A DNA stretch of 26,321 bases. Origin: a virus. Taxonomy: Duplodnaviria; Caudoviricetes. The DNA is taken from the IMG/VR virus record IMGVR_UViG_3300016263_000839, positions 1 to 26,321 of that record; one strand, written 5' to 3'. The notes below the pieces were generated by a model. It was not told where the DNA came from and ran no database searches. It worked only from the letters and a program-made list of their open reading frames with translations. The translations under genes and the position numbers were made by a program. Positions 1 to 7,208 of this stretch are shown in pieces (position 1 is the stretch's first letter; each line of letters begins with the position of its first letter).

Positions 1-411
1 TGGGAGCGCGCGTGCACAAGCGGCGTGCTGAAGGTGATCACGGTGCGACAGGCGAAGGGCGTCGCCGGGGTGTTCCTCGACCCGCCCTACGACGACGCGG
101 TGCGCACTGGCGGTCTCTACGCTCACGATAGCGGCGCGGTCGCAGGCGACGTGCGTGCGTGGTGCAAGGCCAATGGCACCGACCCTGACTTGCGGATCGT
201 GCTCGCGGGGTACGACACCGAGCACGTCGAGTTGGAGGCGCACGGGTGGACCGCGGTCGAGTGGTTCCGCGGGGGCTTCCTGAAGGGCGGGATGGCGCAG
301 CAGGGGATCGCGTCTCACCAGCAAGGGCGAGAGCGACTCTGGCTGTCGCCCCACTGCCTGCGACCGGCGGTCGAGGCGCCGCGACAGCGATCGCTGTTCG
401 GAGGGCCGTGA
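1..411 (+). CDS. DNA N6-adenine methyltransferase, C-terminal part (5' truncated by window edge)
   Basis: Frame is open from base 1; contains VFLDPPY (motif IV of amino-methyltransferases) and a C-terminal E-x-L-W-x-S-P motif; TGA at 409-411. Confidence 0.75.
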   Translation, partial: WERACTSGVLKVITVRQAKGVAGVFLDPPYDDAVRTGGLYAHDSGAVAGDVRAWCKANGTDPDLRIVLAGYDTEHVELEAHGWTAVEWFRGGFLKGGMAQQGIASHQQGRERLWLSPHCLRPAVEAPRQRSLFGGP

Positions 412-461
412 TGGAGCTGCGTGACTACCAGATCGCGAGGAGAGACGGAGAGAGACGATGA
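411..461 (+). pseudogene. 16-aa remnant of the helicase 5' end (MELRDYQIARRDGERR)
   Basis: First 7 codons encode MELRDYQ, the same as the helicase start at 799; overlaps the MTase stop (TGATG) and ends in an ATGA overlap with the ORF at 458. Confidence 0.6.
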
Positions 462-799
462 CGACTCAGCTGCACCTTTTCCCGCCGCCGTCGCGCGGCT
501 CACTCGACGAGGCTCGACGCTGGGAGACCCGCGCGCGCCAGGCGATCGACGAACTCGTCGCCTACAGCGCGCGCACGGCTGGCGAGATGCGCGCGCCCAC
601 CGACGAGGAGATCGCCGCTCACCGAGGCCGCTGGCGCTGCGTCTCCCGTGGCGAGGACGAGCAGCCGATCGCCAGAGACATGATGACCGGCGCCGAGGCG
701 CGTGAGTGGCGCGAGACCTTCGGCCCGATCCGCGTCCGCGCGTGGCGCTGGTGGCCCCTGACGCGCGAGGGCGCGCCCGACCTGTGGCCGGTGCCGTGA
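458..799 (+). CDS. Hypothetical protein, 113 aa, Trp/Arg-rich
   Basis: Purine-rich RBS-like tract (ggagagagacg) before ATG; stop overlaps the helicase ATG (TGATG); GC3-biased codons. Confidence 0.7.
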   Translation: MTTQLHLFPPPSRGSLDEARRWETRARQAIDELVAYSARTAGEMRAPTDEEIAAHRGRWRCVSRGEDEQPIARDMMTGAEAREWRETFGPIRVRAWRWWPLTREGAPDLWPVP

Positions 800-2082
800 T
801 GGAGCTGCGGGACTATCAGGTGCGCGCGATCGACCTCGTGCGCGCGGAGTACCGGCGCGGGCGCCGCGCCGTGTTGCTCGTGTTGCCCACGGGCGCTGGG
901 AAGACCGCGACGGCGAGCCAGCTCATCGCGTGGGCGGTCGCGCGCGGGCGCCGCTGTCTGTTCCTCGTCCATCGCCGCGAGATCGTGTTGGACACGCACC
1001 GGCGGCTCGTCGCTGCGGGCGTCGCCTGCGGCGTGGTCATGGCGGGCGAGGCCAGCGTCGACGCGCCCGTTCAGGTCTGCTCGGTGCAGACGCTCGTCGC
1101 GCGCGAGCAGCACCCGCCCGCGGACCTGCTCGTGTGGGACGAGGCCCACCACTGCGCCGCCGAGACGTACCGCGAGATCCGCGCGCAGTACCCGAGCGCG
1201 TGGCACCTCGGGCTCACCGCGACGCCCGAGCGCAGCGACGGCGCGCCGCTGGGCGACGCCTTCGAGGCGCTCGTGGCGCCCATCTCCGTCGCCGAGCTCG
1301 TCGAGGCCGGGCACCTCGCGCCGATCGACGTTGTGGCCCCGCCGACGCGCCTGCAGAGCGCGATCGGCGCCACGCCTGCCGACGCATGGCGGGAGCACGG
1401 CGGCGGTCGTCCAGCGGTGATCTTCACCGGCACCATCGCGGAGTCGCGCGAGTGCGTCGCTGCCATCGGCGAGCGCGCCGCGCACATCGACGGCTCGACC
1501 CCGCGCCGCGCGCGCGACGAGATCCTGCGGCGCTTCGAACGCGGCGACCTCGACGTGGTCTCGAACTGCTCGGTTCTCACCGAGGGGTGGGACTCCGCGC
1601 GCGCCGAGGTCTGCGTCCTCGCCCGCGGCTGCGGGTCGCTGCCGGTCTACCTGCAGACGATCGGGCGCGTGCGGCGCACCGGCGGCAACGCCTCGAAGCG
1701 GTGCCTACTGCTCGACCTCGCCGGCGCCGCTCACGAGCACGGGATGCCCGACGAGGACCGCGAGTGGTCGCTCACCGAGGGGCAGGCGAAGCGCCGCAGC
1801 GACCGCGAGGCGCTGTCGACGTGCCTGCACTGCGGCGCGGTCTCGCGCTACGCCGCGCGGGGCGCACGGTGCCGTCGCTGCGGGCAGCCGTGGCCCGAGG
1901 CCGAGCGCGTCGAGGTGCGGCGCCAGCAGCTCGCCGCCGTCGTGCCGTCGTCGACCCGCAGGGAGCGCGAGGTCGAGCTCGAGCGGCTGCGCCAGATCGC
2001 GCGGGCGCGTGGGTACAAAGACGGCTGGATTGGTGTGCGGTTCAAAGAGAAGTTCGGCTTCTGGCCGAGGAGGACAGCGTGA
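799..2082 (+). CDS. Superfamily 2 DEAH-box helicase with C-terminal Zn finger (phage RadD/YejH-like)
   Basis: Q motif LRDYQ, Walker A PTGAGKT, DEAHH, motif III TAT, LTEGWD, QTIGRVRR, CxxC...CxxC, terminal RGYKDGW. The true start is ATG 799 rather than 706. Confidence 0.93.
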   Translation: MELRDYQVRAIDLVRAEYRRGRRAVLLVLPTGAGKTATASQLIAWAVARGRRCLFLVHRREIVLDTHRRLVAAGVACGVVMAGEASVDAPVQVCSVQTLVAREQHPPADLLVWDEAHHCAAETYREIRAQYPSAWHLGLTATPERSDGAPLGDAFEALVAPISVAELVEAGHLAPIDVVAPPTRLQSAIGATPADAWREHGGGRPAVIFTGTIAESRECVAAIGERAAHIDGSTPRRARDEILRRFERGDLDVVSNCSVLTEGWDSARAEVCVLARGCGSLPVYLQTIGRVRRTGGNASKRCLLLDLAGAAHEHGMPDEDREWSLTEGQAKRRSDREALSTCLHCGAVSRYAARGARCRRCGQPWPEAERVEVRRQQLAAVVPSSTRREREVELERLRQIARARGYKDGWIGVRFKEKFGFWPRRTA

Positions 2083-2405
2083 GCGAGGGACACATTCAGG
2101 ACGAGATCCGCCTGGCACTCTCCGACGAGCCGGGGCTGGTGCTCTGGCGCAACAACACCGGCGTCGCCGAGCACCGCGGCGCGCGCGTGCGCTACGGCCT
2201 CGCCGTCGGCAGTGCCGACCTCGTCGGCTGCCTGCGCGGGCGCTTCATCGCGCTCGAAGTGAAAACGCCCACGGGCCGCGCGACGCAGGAGCAGCGCCAG
2301 TGGCTCGCCGTCGTGCGCCTCCACGGCGGGTTCGCCGCCGTCGTCCGCTCCGTCGACGAGGCCCGCGCCGCCATCGCCCGCGCACGCATGGGAGAGTGCG
2401 AGTGA
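2079..2405 (+). CDS. VRR-NUC domain nuclease (PD-(D/E)XK fold)
   Basis: GTG 2079 overlaps the helicase stop; MSEGHIQDEIRLAL..WRNNTG..GSADLVG..FIALEVKTPTGRATQEQRQWL is the typical VRR-NUC pattern. Confidence 0.9.
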   Translation: MSEGHIQDEIRLALSDEPGLVLWRNNTGVAEHRGARVRYGLAVGSADLVGCLRGRFIALEVKTPTGRATQEQRQWLAVVRLHGGFAAVVRSVDEARAAIARARMGECE

Positions 2406-3085
2406 TGCGTCGTCAGAGCGAAAGGTGGTGGTCGTCGCCGGGAGTCGCCGGGCGACTCTTCGCCACGCAGGAGCAGCTTCGCGCGGAGGTCAGAAAAGTC
2501 ATCGCTCGATGGCCGAACTCCACCCCGATTACCGGTGGAGATGAGCAGCTGCTGTGCGCTGTTCTCTCGCACCATCACCGGTGGCCGGAGAAGTGCGGAG
2601 TCGGCTTTCGACACCTCACTGTCGAGCTGCATCAGCTCGACGGCTACCGTCCAACGCGCGGGCTCGTCGTGCACCGTCTCGACGGCTCATCAATCGACGT
2701 GTCGTGGACAGCAGCACTTCTGCCCGACGGAGGCTCTACCGCTGCGCAAGAGGCAGCGGCAGCGGCGCGACGAGAGATCTTCGACCAGATCGAGGCTGTT
2801 CGATCAGAGCAGACGGGAAAGCCTTGCTCGATCTGCGGTCGCTCGCTCGACGGCGACTGCCACGTCGATCACGCAGCGCCCGCGACCTTCGAGGCGCTGT
2901 TCTCAGCGTGGCTGGATAACGAAGGCACGCGAGCACCCGACCTGCGACTGCAGGATCACGGAACGCACGCGACGTTCTCGGATCGCGCGCAAGCCGCTCG
3001 ATGGTCGAACTATCACCGAGCCAACGCGCGACTGAGGCTAGTCCACGCCGCGGAGAACCTGTCGACGCTGCGATCCAAGCGTTGA
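2405..3085 (+). CDS. DCL/DUF3223-like domain plus HNH-like C-terminus, 226 aa
   Basis: ATG 2405 in a TGATG overlap; LSHHHRWPEKCGVG...TRGLVVHRLDGSSIDVSW resembles DUF3223; CSICG..HVDH...HAAENLS resembles an HNH motif. Confidence 0.65.
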   Translation: MRRQSERWWSSPGVAGRLFATQEQLRAEVRKVIARWPNSTPITGGDEQLLCAVLSHHHRWPEKCGVGFRHLTVELHQLDGYRPTRGLVVHRLDGSSIDVSWTAALLPDGGSTAAQEAAAAARREIFDQIEAVRSEQTGKPCSICGRSLDGDCHVDHAAPATFEALFSAWLDNEGTRAPDLRLQDHGTHATFSDRAQAARWSNYHRANARLRLVHAAENLSTLRSKR

Positions 3086-3118
3086 CCGTGTGATGCAGCG
3101 GTGATATAGCGGCTGCAT
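3082..3118 (+). promoter_or_regulatory. Sigma70-type promoter (TTGACC-17 bp-TATAGC) with overlapping inverted repeat, putative operator
   Basis: -35 at 3082-3087, -10 at 3105-3110, ATG 6 nt later at 3117; inverted repeat ATGCAGC 3093-3099 / GCTGCAT 3112-3118. Confidence 0.6.
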
Positions 3119-3272
3119 GACAGATTCTCGCCCTCTCCTCGTGCACCTGTCGCCCGTCGACAGGCAGATCCTCGAAACCCTCGCCGCCTCTCACAGCGTT
3201 CCCATGGCCGCGATCGTGCGGATGCTCCTGCGCGGGCAGATCCGAGCGCCGCGCGTCGAGGTGGCGCGGTGA
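3117..3272 (+). CDS. Small ribbon-helix-helix (CopG/Arc-like) DNA-binding protein, 51 aa, absent from the ORF track
   Basis: MTDSRPLLVHLSPVDRQILETLAASHSVPMAAIVRMLLRGQIRAPRVEVAR shows a strand-helix-turn-helix RHH pattern; fills the gap exactly and its stop overlaps the next GTG (GTGA). Confidence 0.7.
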   Translation: MTDSRPLLVHLSPVDRQILETLAASHSVPMAAIVRMLLRGQIRAPRVEVAR

Positions 3273-4909
3273 CCGCTGCCGTCATCCCGCCGATCGACTG
3301 GGGCGACCTCTCGGCGGAAGAAGCGCACCGCTGGCTCGACTACGTTCGCGCGTGGCCGGTGCAGCTCGACTTCGGCGAGGTGCGCCTGCGCCTCGGCGCC
3401 AGCGAGAGCGACATGGCGATCATCCTCGCCGTCGGCCCTGAGGGCCTTGAGACGCTCGCGAAGCTCAACGCCACGCACCCGAGCGACCCGGAGATCACCG
3501 GGCCCGTCTGGGGGCGCCCCGGCTCTCGCCTCATGGTCGTGCAGCAGGGCGCGATGCCGTACTCGACCTGCGACCTCGGGCCGGGGCTGTCGCTCATCGC
3601 ACACGGCACCGTGCTCCTGCCGCCGAGCGTGCAGGACGGCGTCGTGATGCGCTGGCGCCGCGGGCGAGAGCCCAGCCTGATCGAGCCGTCTGAGCTTCCG
3701 CCGTGGCTGCGCGAGGCAGCGGCCCAGATGCAGCGCGACGCGGCGCGCGCGCAGGTCGTCGGCGGCGAGTGGTTCGGTGCGCTGCTCCGCACGCCCAAGG
3801 GGCAGATCCGAAACACCTTCGCCAACGTGTGCTCGATCCTGCGAAACGCGCCGGAATTCCAGTCGCTTCGCTACAACGAGATGACCCTCACGCCAGAACT
3901 CGACGACGCGCCTGTCAGCGACGCGCGCCTCGGCGCCGTGCGCGAGCGGATCGAGCTCGAGTACCAGATCTCACCCGCGGCCGACGGGCTCAGCCAGGCG
4001 ATGCTCACGGTCGCCAGCGAGCGCGCATATCACCCCGTCCGGCGGTACCTCGAGAAGCTCGTGTGGGACGGCAGGGAACGCATCGACAGCGTGGCCGAGC
4101 GCATCCTCGGCGCCGAGGGCACGAAGATCAACCGCACCATGGTCCGCGCTTGGTTCATCAGCGCCATCGCCCGAGCCATGAAGCCCGGCTGCAAGGTCGA
4201 CACTTCGCTGGTGCTCGTCGGCGCGCAGGGCCTCTACAAGAGCACCTTCTTTTCGATCCTCGGTGGGCAGTGGTTTGCGGACACGGGAATCGACCTCGAA
4301 TCGAAAGACGCCATGCTGCAGATCAACCACGCGTGGATCTACGAGCTCGCCGAGCTCGACCAGATCACCTCGCGCGCGCACGCTGGACGCATCAAGAGCT
4401 TCCTCACCTCGCAGGTCGACAAGTACCGCGCGCCCTACGCTCGCGCGGTGTCGTCGGTGCCCAGGCACAACGTCGTCGTCGGCAGCACCAACGAGACGCA
4501 GTTCCTCGCCGACCCGACCGGCGCGCGACGGTTCTGGTGCGTGCGCGTGCCGCGCCCCGTCGACCGCGACGCGCTCACCGCCGAGCGCGACCAGCTCTGG
4601 GCCGAAGCCCTCGCCGCCTACCGCTCTGGCGAGGCGTGGTGGCTCTCCACCGAGGCCGAGGTAGCTCAGCGCGAGGCGAGCGAGACACACGCCCTCCACG
4701 ACCCGTGGGAGCCCCGCATCGCTGAGTGGGCCGAGGGTGCCGAGGGCCCCATCACATCGACGCGCATCCTCACCAGCGCGCTGTCGATCGAGATCGGTCG
4801 CGTGACGCAGAAAGACAGCCAGCGCGTCGGCGCGATCATGCGGCGCCTCGGCTGGCGGTCGACCCCGCGATGGGTCGGCGGGCACACCCACCGCGTCTGG
4901 GAGCGGTGA
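3269..4909 (+). CDS. Degenerate Prim-Pol (AEP) N-terminal domain fused to VapE/VirE-type P-loop helicase
   Basis: YHPVRRYL, WDGRERID, KPGCKVD, Walker A GAQGLYKST, WIYELAEL, YRAPY, GSTN, FLADPTGARRFW, RDQLWAEA are VapE signatures. The N-terminus retains Prim-Pol scaffold motifs (LGPG..VLLPPS..W..ELPPWL). Confidence 0.88.
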   Translation: MTAAVIPPIDWGDLSAEEAHRWLDYVRAWPVQLDFGEVRLRLGASESDMAIILAVGPEGLETLAKLNATHPSDPEITGPVWGRPGSRLMVVQQGAMPYSTCDLGPGLSLIAHGTVLLPPSVQDGVVMRWRRGREPSLIEPSELPPWLREAAAQMQRDAARAQVVGGEWFGALLRTPKGQIRNTFANVCSILRNAPEFQSLRYNEMTLTPELDDAPVSDARLGAVRERIELEYQISPAADGLSQAMLTVASERAYHPVRRYLEKLVWDGRERIDSVAERILGAEGTKINRTMVRAWFISAIARAMKPGCKVDTSLVLVGAQGLYKSTFFSILGGQWFADTGIDLESKDAMLQINHAWIYELAELDQITSRAHAGRIKSFLTSQVDKYRAPYARAVSSVPRHNVVVGSTNETQFLADPTGARRFWCVRVPRPVDRDALTAERDQLWAEALAAYRSGEAWWLSTEAEVAQREASETHALHDPWEPRIAEWAEGAEGPITSTRILTSALSIEIGRVTQKDSQRVGAIMRRLGWRSTPRWVGGHTHRVWER

Positions 4910-5098
4910 CCTTACGGGAATGCTGTAAGGCCTTACAGGGTGCCTGTAAGGACGAAACCCCTTCCAGCAAGGCGTTTCGCGCTACCCTTACACCCTTACA
5001 GCATATTCCGTATGTATGTGAGAGAGAGTATATAGGTAGTGCGTAGGTACTTTAGGGAAATGGCTGTTAGGGCGTAAGGGCCGTAAGGGTGTAAGGGG
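4910..5098. other. Putative phage replication origin: CCTTAC/GTAAGG iterons around an AT-rich core
   Basis: CCTTAC at 4910, 4931, 4986, 4994; GTAAGG at 4925, 4946, 5074, 5083, 5091; perfect palindrome CTGTAAGGCCTTACAG 4923-4938; AT-rich core at about 5003-5062; directly downstream of the primase-helicase gene. Confidence 0.7.
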
Positions 5099-5205
5099 TT
5101 GACCGGCGCCGCGCCCTGCGGCATGGTTCGCGTCGGTCGTCCGTCTCTCCCACGCCGACCAGCACGCCGTCGCCCGCGGGTCGCTTGCCGCGGGCGTCGT
5201 CGTAT

Positions 5206-5241
5206 TTGACGGGCGTGGCGTGGCGCGCGACACTGCAGACG
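5206..5241 (+). promoter_or_regulatory. Putative promoter TTGACG-17 bp-GACACT upstream of the packaging operon
   Basis: -35 at 5206-5211, -10 at 5229-5234, GTG 6 nt later at 5241; same geometry as the 3082 promoter. A weaker TTGACC-17-CATGGT lies at 5099-5127. Confidence 0.45.
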
Positions 5242-5444
5242 TGGCGAAACGCTCCCCGCAGCCCAGCGCACTCGACACCGCAGAGCTCGACGAGGCACGG
5301 CAGACGCTCCGTCGAGGCGAGGCCGTCCGACTCGTCGTCGGGCAGCGCGTCGTCCTCTGCTCCTCCCTCGCCGAGGTCCGAGCCGCCCAGCTCGGACGCA
5401 TCCCCCACGACGCTGTGAGGCTCGATGGCGCGGCGCGCCGCTGA
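5241..5444 (+). CDS. Hypothetical protein, 67 aa (start may be 5220)
   Basis: Plausible composition (MAKRSPQPSALDTAELDEARQTLRRGEAVRLVVGQRVVLCSS...); GTG at the predicted +1 of the promoter; overlaps TerS by 20 nt. Confidence 0.5.
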   Translation: MAKRSPQPSALDTAELDEARQTLRRGEAVRLVVGQRVVLCSSLAEVRAAQLGRIPHDAVRLDGAARR

Positions 5445-5886
5445 ACCTGTTGCACCCCTAACGCGCGCGCGAGAGGTGATGCTCTCACGACTTCGCGCAG
5501 GCTCCACGTTCCGCGATGCGTGCGCGCTCGCGGGCATCAACTGGTCCGTGTGGAAGCGATGGCGCAAGGCTGTCGAGGTTGAAGGCAAGCACCTCGACAA
5601 CCCGGACGCTGAAGCACTCGTCATTGCCGCACGCGAGGCGCACAGCGCAGCGACAGCCGACCTGATGATGCACATCACCGCGGCAGCGCCCGAGGACTGG
5701 AAGGCTGCCGCCTGGGCGGTGGAGTACCGACAGTCGAGCGCGCTGCGTGCCTCGCAGCAGCGACGCGCGTACCACGAAGCGCGCATCTCGAAGGCCGAGG
5801 CCGACAAGGCGGCCGCGGGGCAGCAGACGCCGACCGTCGTGATTGAGTTGCCCGCGTCGCTGGTGCGCCCGCGCGAGGCGACGTGA
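5425..5886 (+). CDS. Putative terminase small subunit (N-terminal HTH)
   Basis: LRAGSTFRDACALAGINWSVWKRW HTH; DWKAAAW helix; immediately upstream of and coupled (GTGA) to TerL. Confidence 0.7.
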   Translation: MARRAAEPVAPLTRAREVMLSRLRAGSTFRDACALAGINWSVWKRWRKAVEVEGKHLDNPDAEALVIAAREAHSAATADLMMHITAAAPEDWKAAAWAVEYRQSSALRASQQRRAYHEARISKAEADKAAAGQQTPTVVIELPASLVRPREAT

Positions 5887-7208
5887 TCGCCGCGCAGCCG
5901 CTCGACCGCGTGGTGGTCACCTACGCCCCGCACGACCGGCAGCAGGCCATCCACGACGCGCCTGAGGCCGAGGTGTGGGCAGCCTGCGGCTACGGTACCG
6001 GCAAGACAACGCTCGCTGTGTGGGAGGCGTTCAGCCTCGCGACGCAGACGCACCCCGGCTTCGCCGGCATCGTCGCCGCGCCGACGTTCCCGCTGCTATT
6101 CCAGTCGTGGTTCACCGAGTGGGAGCGGAACATCCCGCGCGCCTGCTGGCGGTTCAGCCGCGACCCTCTGTTCGGCGCGTACCTCGCGATCCCGACGCCC
6201 GCTGGCGAGTCGCGGATCTGGCTGCGCTCGACCGTCGCGACCGAGAGCCTCGAGGGGATGAACGCGGCGTGGCTGGTTTTCGACGAGGCGACGCGCGAGC
6301 GGTCGCACGACCCCATCCGCGTGCTCGCGGCGCGTCTGCGTCGAGGCCATCCGGGGCGCCAGCGTCGGCAGCTCGTGATCGGCCCGCCGCAGACGCGGGG
6401 CCATTGGACGGCGATCGACTACGGCACCGGGCCCGGCGAGGGACGCACCGGCGACGCGCTGTCGTGGACCGACGGCAGGCGCCGCGTCGTGCGCGCGCGC
6501 ACCCGCGACAACCCACACCTGCCAGCGGACTTCGAGGCGTCGCTCCGCTCGCGCCCCGGCGCCACGAAGGCGTGGTGCCGCCAGTGGCTCGATGCGGAGT
6601 TCGGCAGCGTCGAGGGGCAGGTCTACGAGAGCTTCTCGCGCGACGTGCACGTACGCCGCGCGGGCGACCTCGCGGGGCGCAGTTGGGCTGACGTGGTCGT
6701 CGCTGTCGACTGGGGCTGGACGCACCCCGGCGTCGCGCTGGTGCTCGCCACCGACGGAGCGGATCTCTACCTCCTCCACGAAGAGGTGCACCGCGGGAAG
6801 GTCGTCGCCGCAACCGCCGACGGGTGGCTCCCGATCATCGCGGACCTGTGCAGGCGCTACCGCGCGACGCGGGTGTTCTGCGACCCGTCGCAGCCGGGAC
6901 ACATCGAGAGCGTCGGCCGCTACCTGCGCGGCGCCGCGCGCACGTACGAAGCGCGCAACGACGTGGGCGAGGGCCTGCGGCGAGTCAGCGCCCTGCTCGA
7001 GTGGACCGTCGAGCGCGTGCAGAGCGGCCCTGTGCTCGGGCGCAGCGCGCTGTGGATCTCGGACGCCTGCGCGCATACGATCGGCGAGTTCGAGAGCTAC
7101 TCGCGGCGGCGCGGCCGCGACGGCGCCTTCACCGAGGACGTCGACAAGATCAACGACGACGCGATGGACGCGCTGAGATACGGCGTGATGGAGCTGCACC
7201 GTGGATGA
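5883..7208 (+). CDS. terL: Terminase large subunit
   Basis: PHDRQ Q motif, Walker A CGYGTGKT, Walker B WLVFDEA, TRDNPHL, nuclease VAVDWGWTHP, FCDPS, DDAMDALRY. Confidence 0.95.
   Translation: MIAAQPLDRVVVTYAPHDRQQAIHDAPEAEVWAACGYGTGKTTLAVWEAFSLATQTHPGFAGIVAAPTFPLLFQSWFTEWERNIPRACWRFSRDPLFGAYLAIPTPAGESRIWLRSTVATESLEGMNAAWLVFDEATRERSHDPIRVLAARLRRGHPGRQRRQLVIGPPQTRGHWTAIDYGTGPGEGRTGDALSWTDGRRRVVRARTRDNPHLPADFEASLRSRPGATKAWCRQWLDAEFGSVEGQVYESFSRDVHVRRAGDLAGRSWADVVVAVDWGWTHPGVALVLATDGADLYLLHEEVHRGKVVAATADGWLPIIADLCRRYRATRVFCDPSQPGHIESVGRYLRGAARTYEARNDVGEGLRRVSALLEWTVERVQSGPVLGRSALWISDACAHTIGEFESYSRRRGRDGAFTEDVDKINDDAMDALRYGVMELHRG

Larger units (their letters stand above)
405..821 (+). repeat. 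Imperfect direct repeat 405-433 / 793-821 flanking ORF 458-799
   Basis: gccgtgatggagctgcgtgactaccagat versus gccgtgatggagctgcgggactatcaggt: first 17 nt identical, 26/29 overall. Confidence 0.9.

Noticed and set aside
4726-5046. 106-aa ORF crossing the putative origin
   Set aside because: Overlaps the helicase gene out of frame and runs through the repeat/AT-rich tract with atypical codons.
4910-5098. Repeat cluster considered as a CRISPR array or telomere-like (TTTAGGG/GTTAGGG) repeats
   Set aside because: The units are 6-8 bp in both orientations without regular spacers; the TTAGGG-like words are single degenerate iteron copies.
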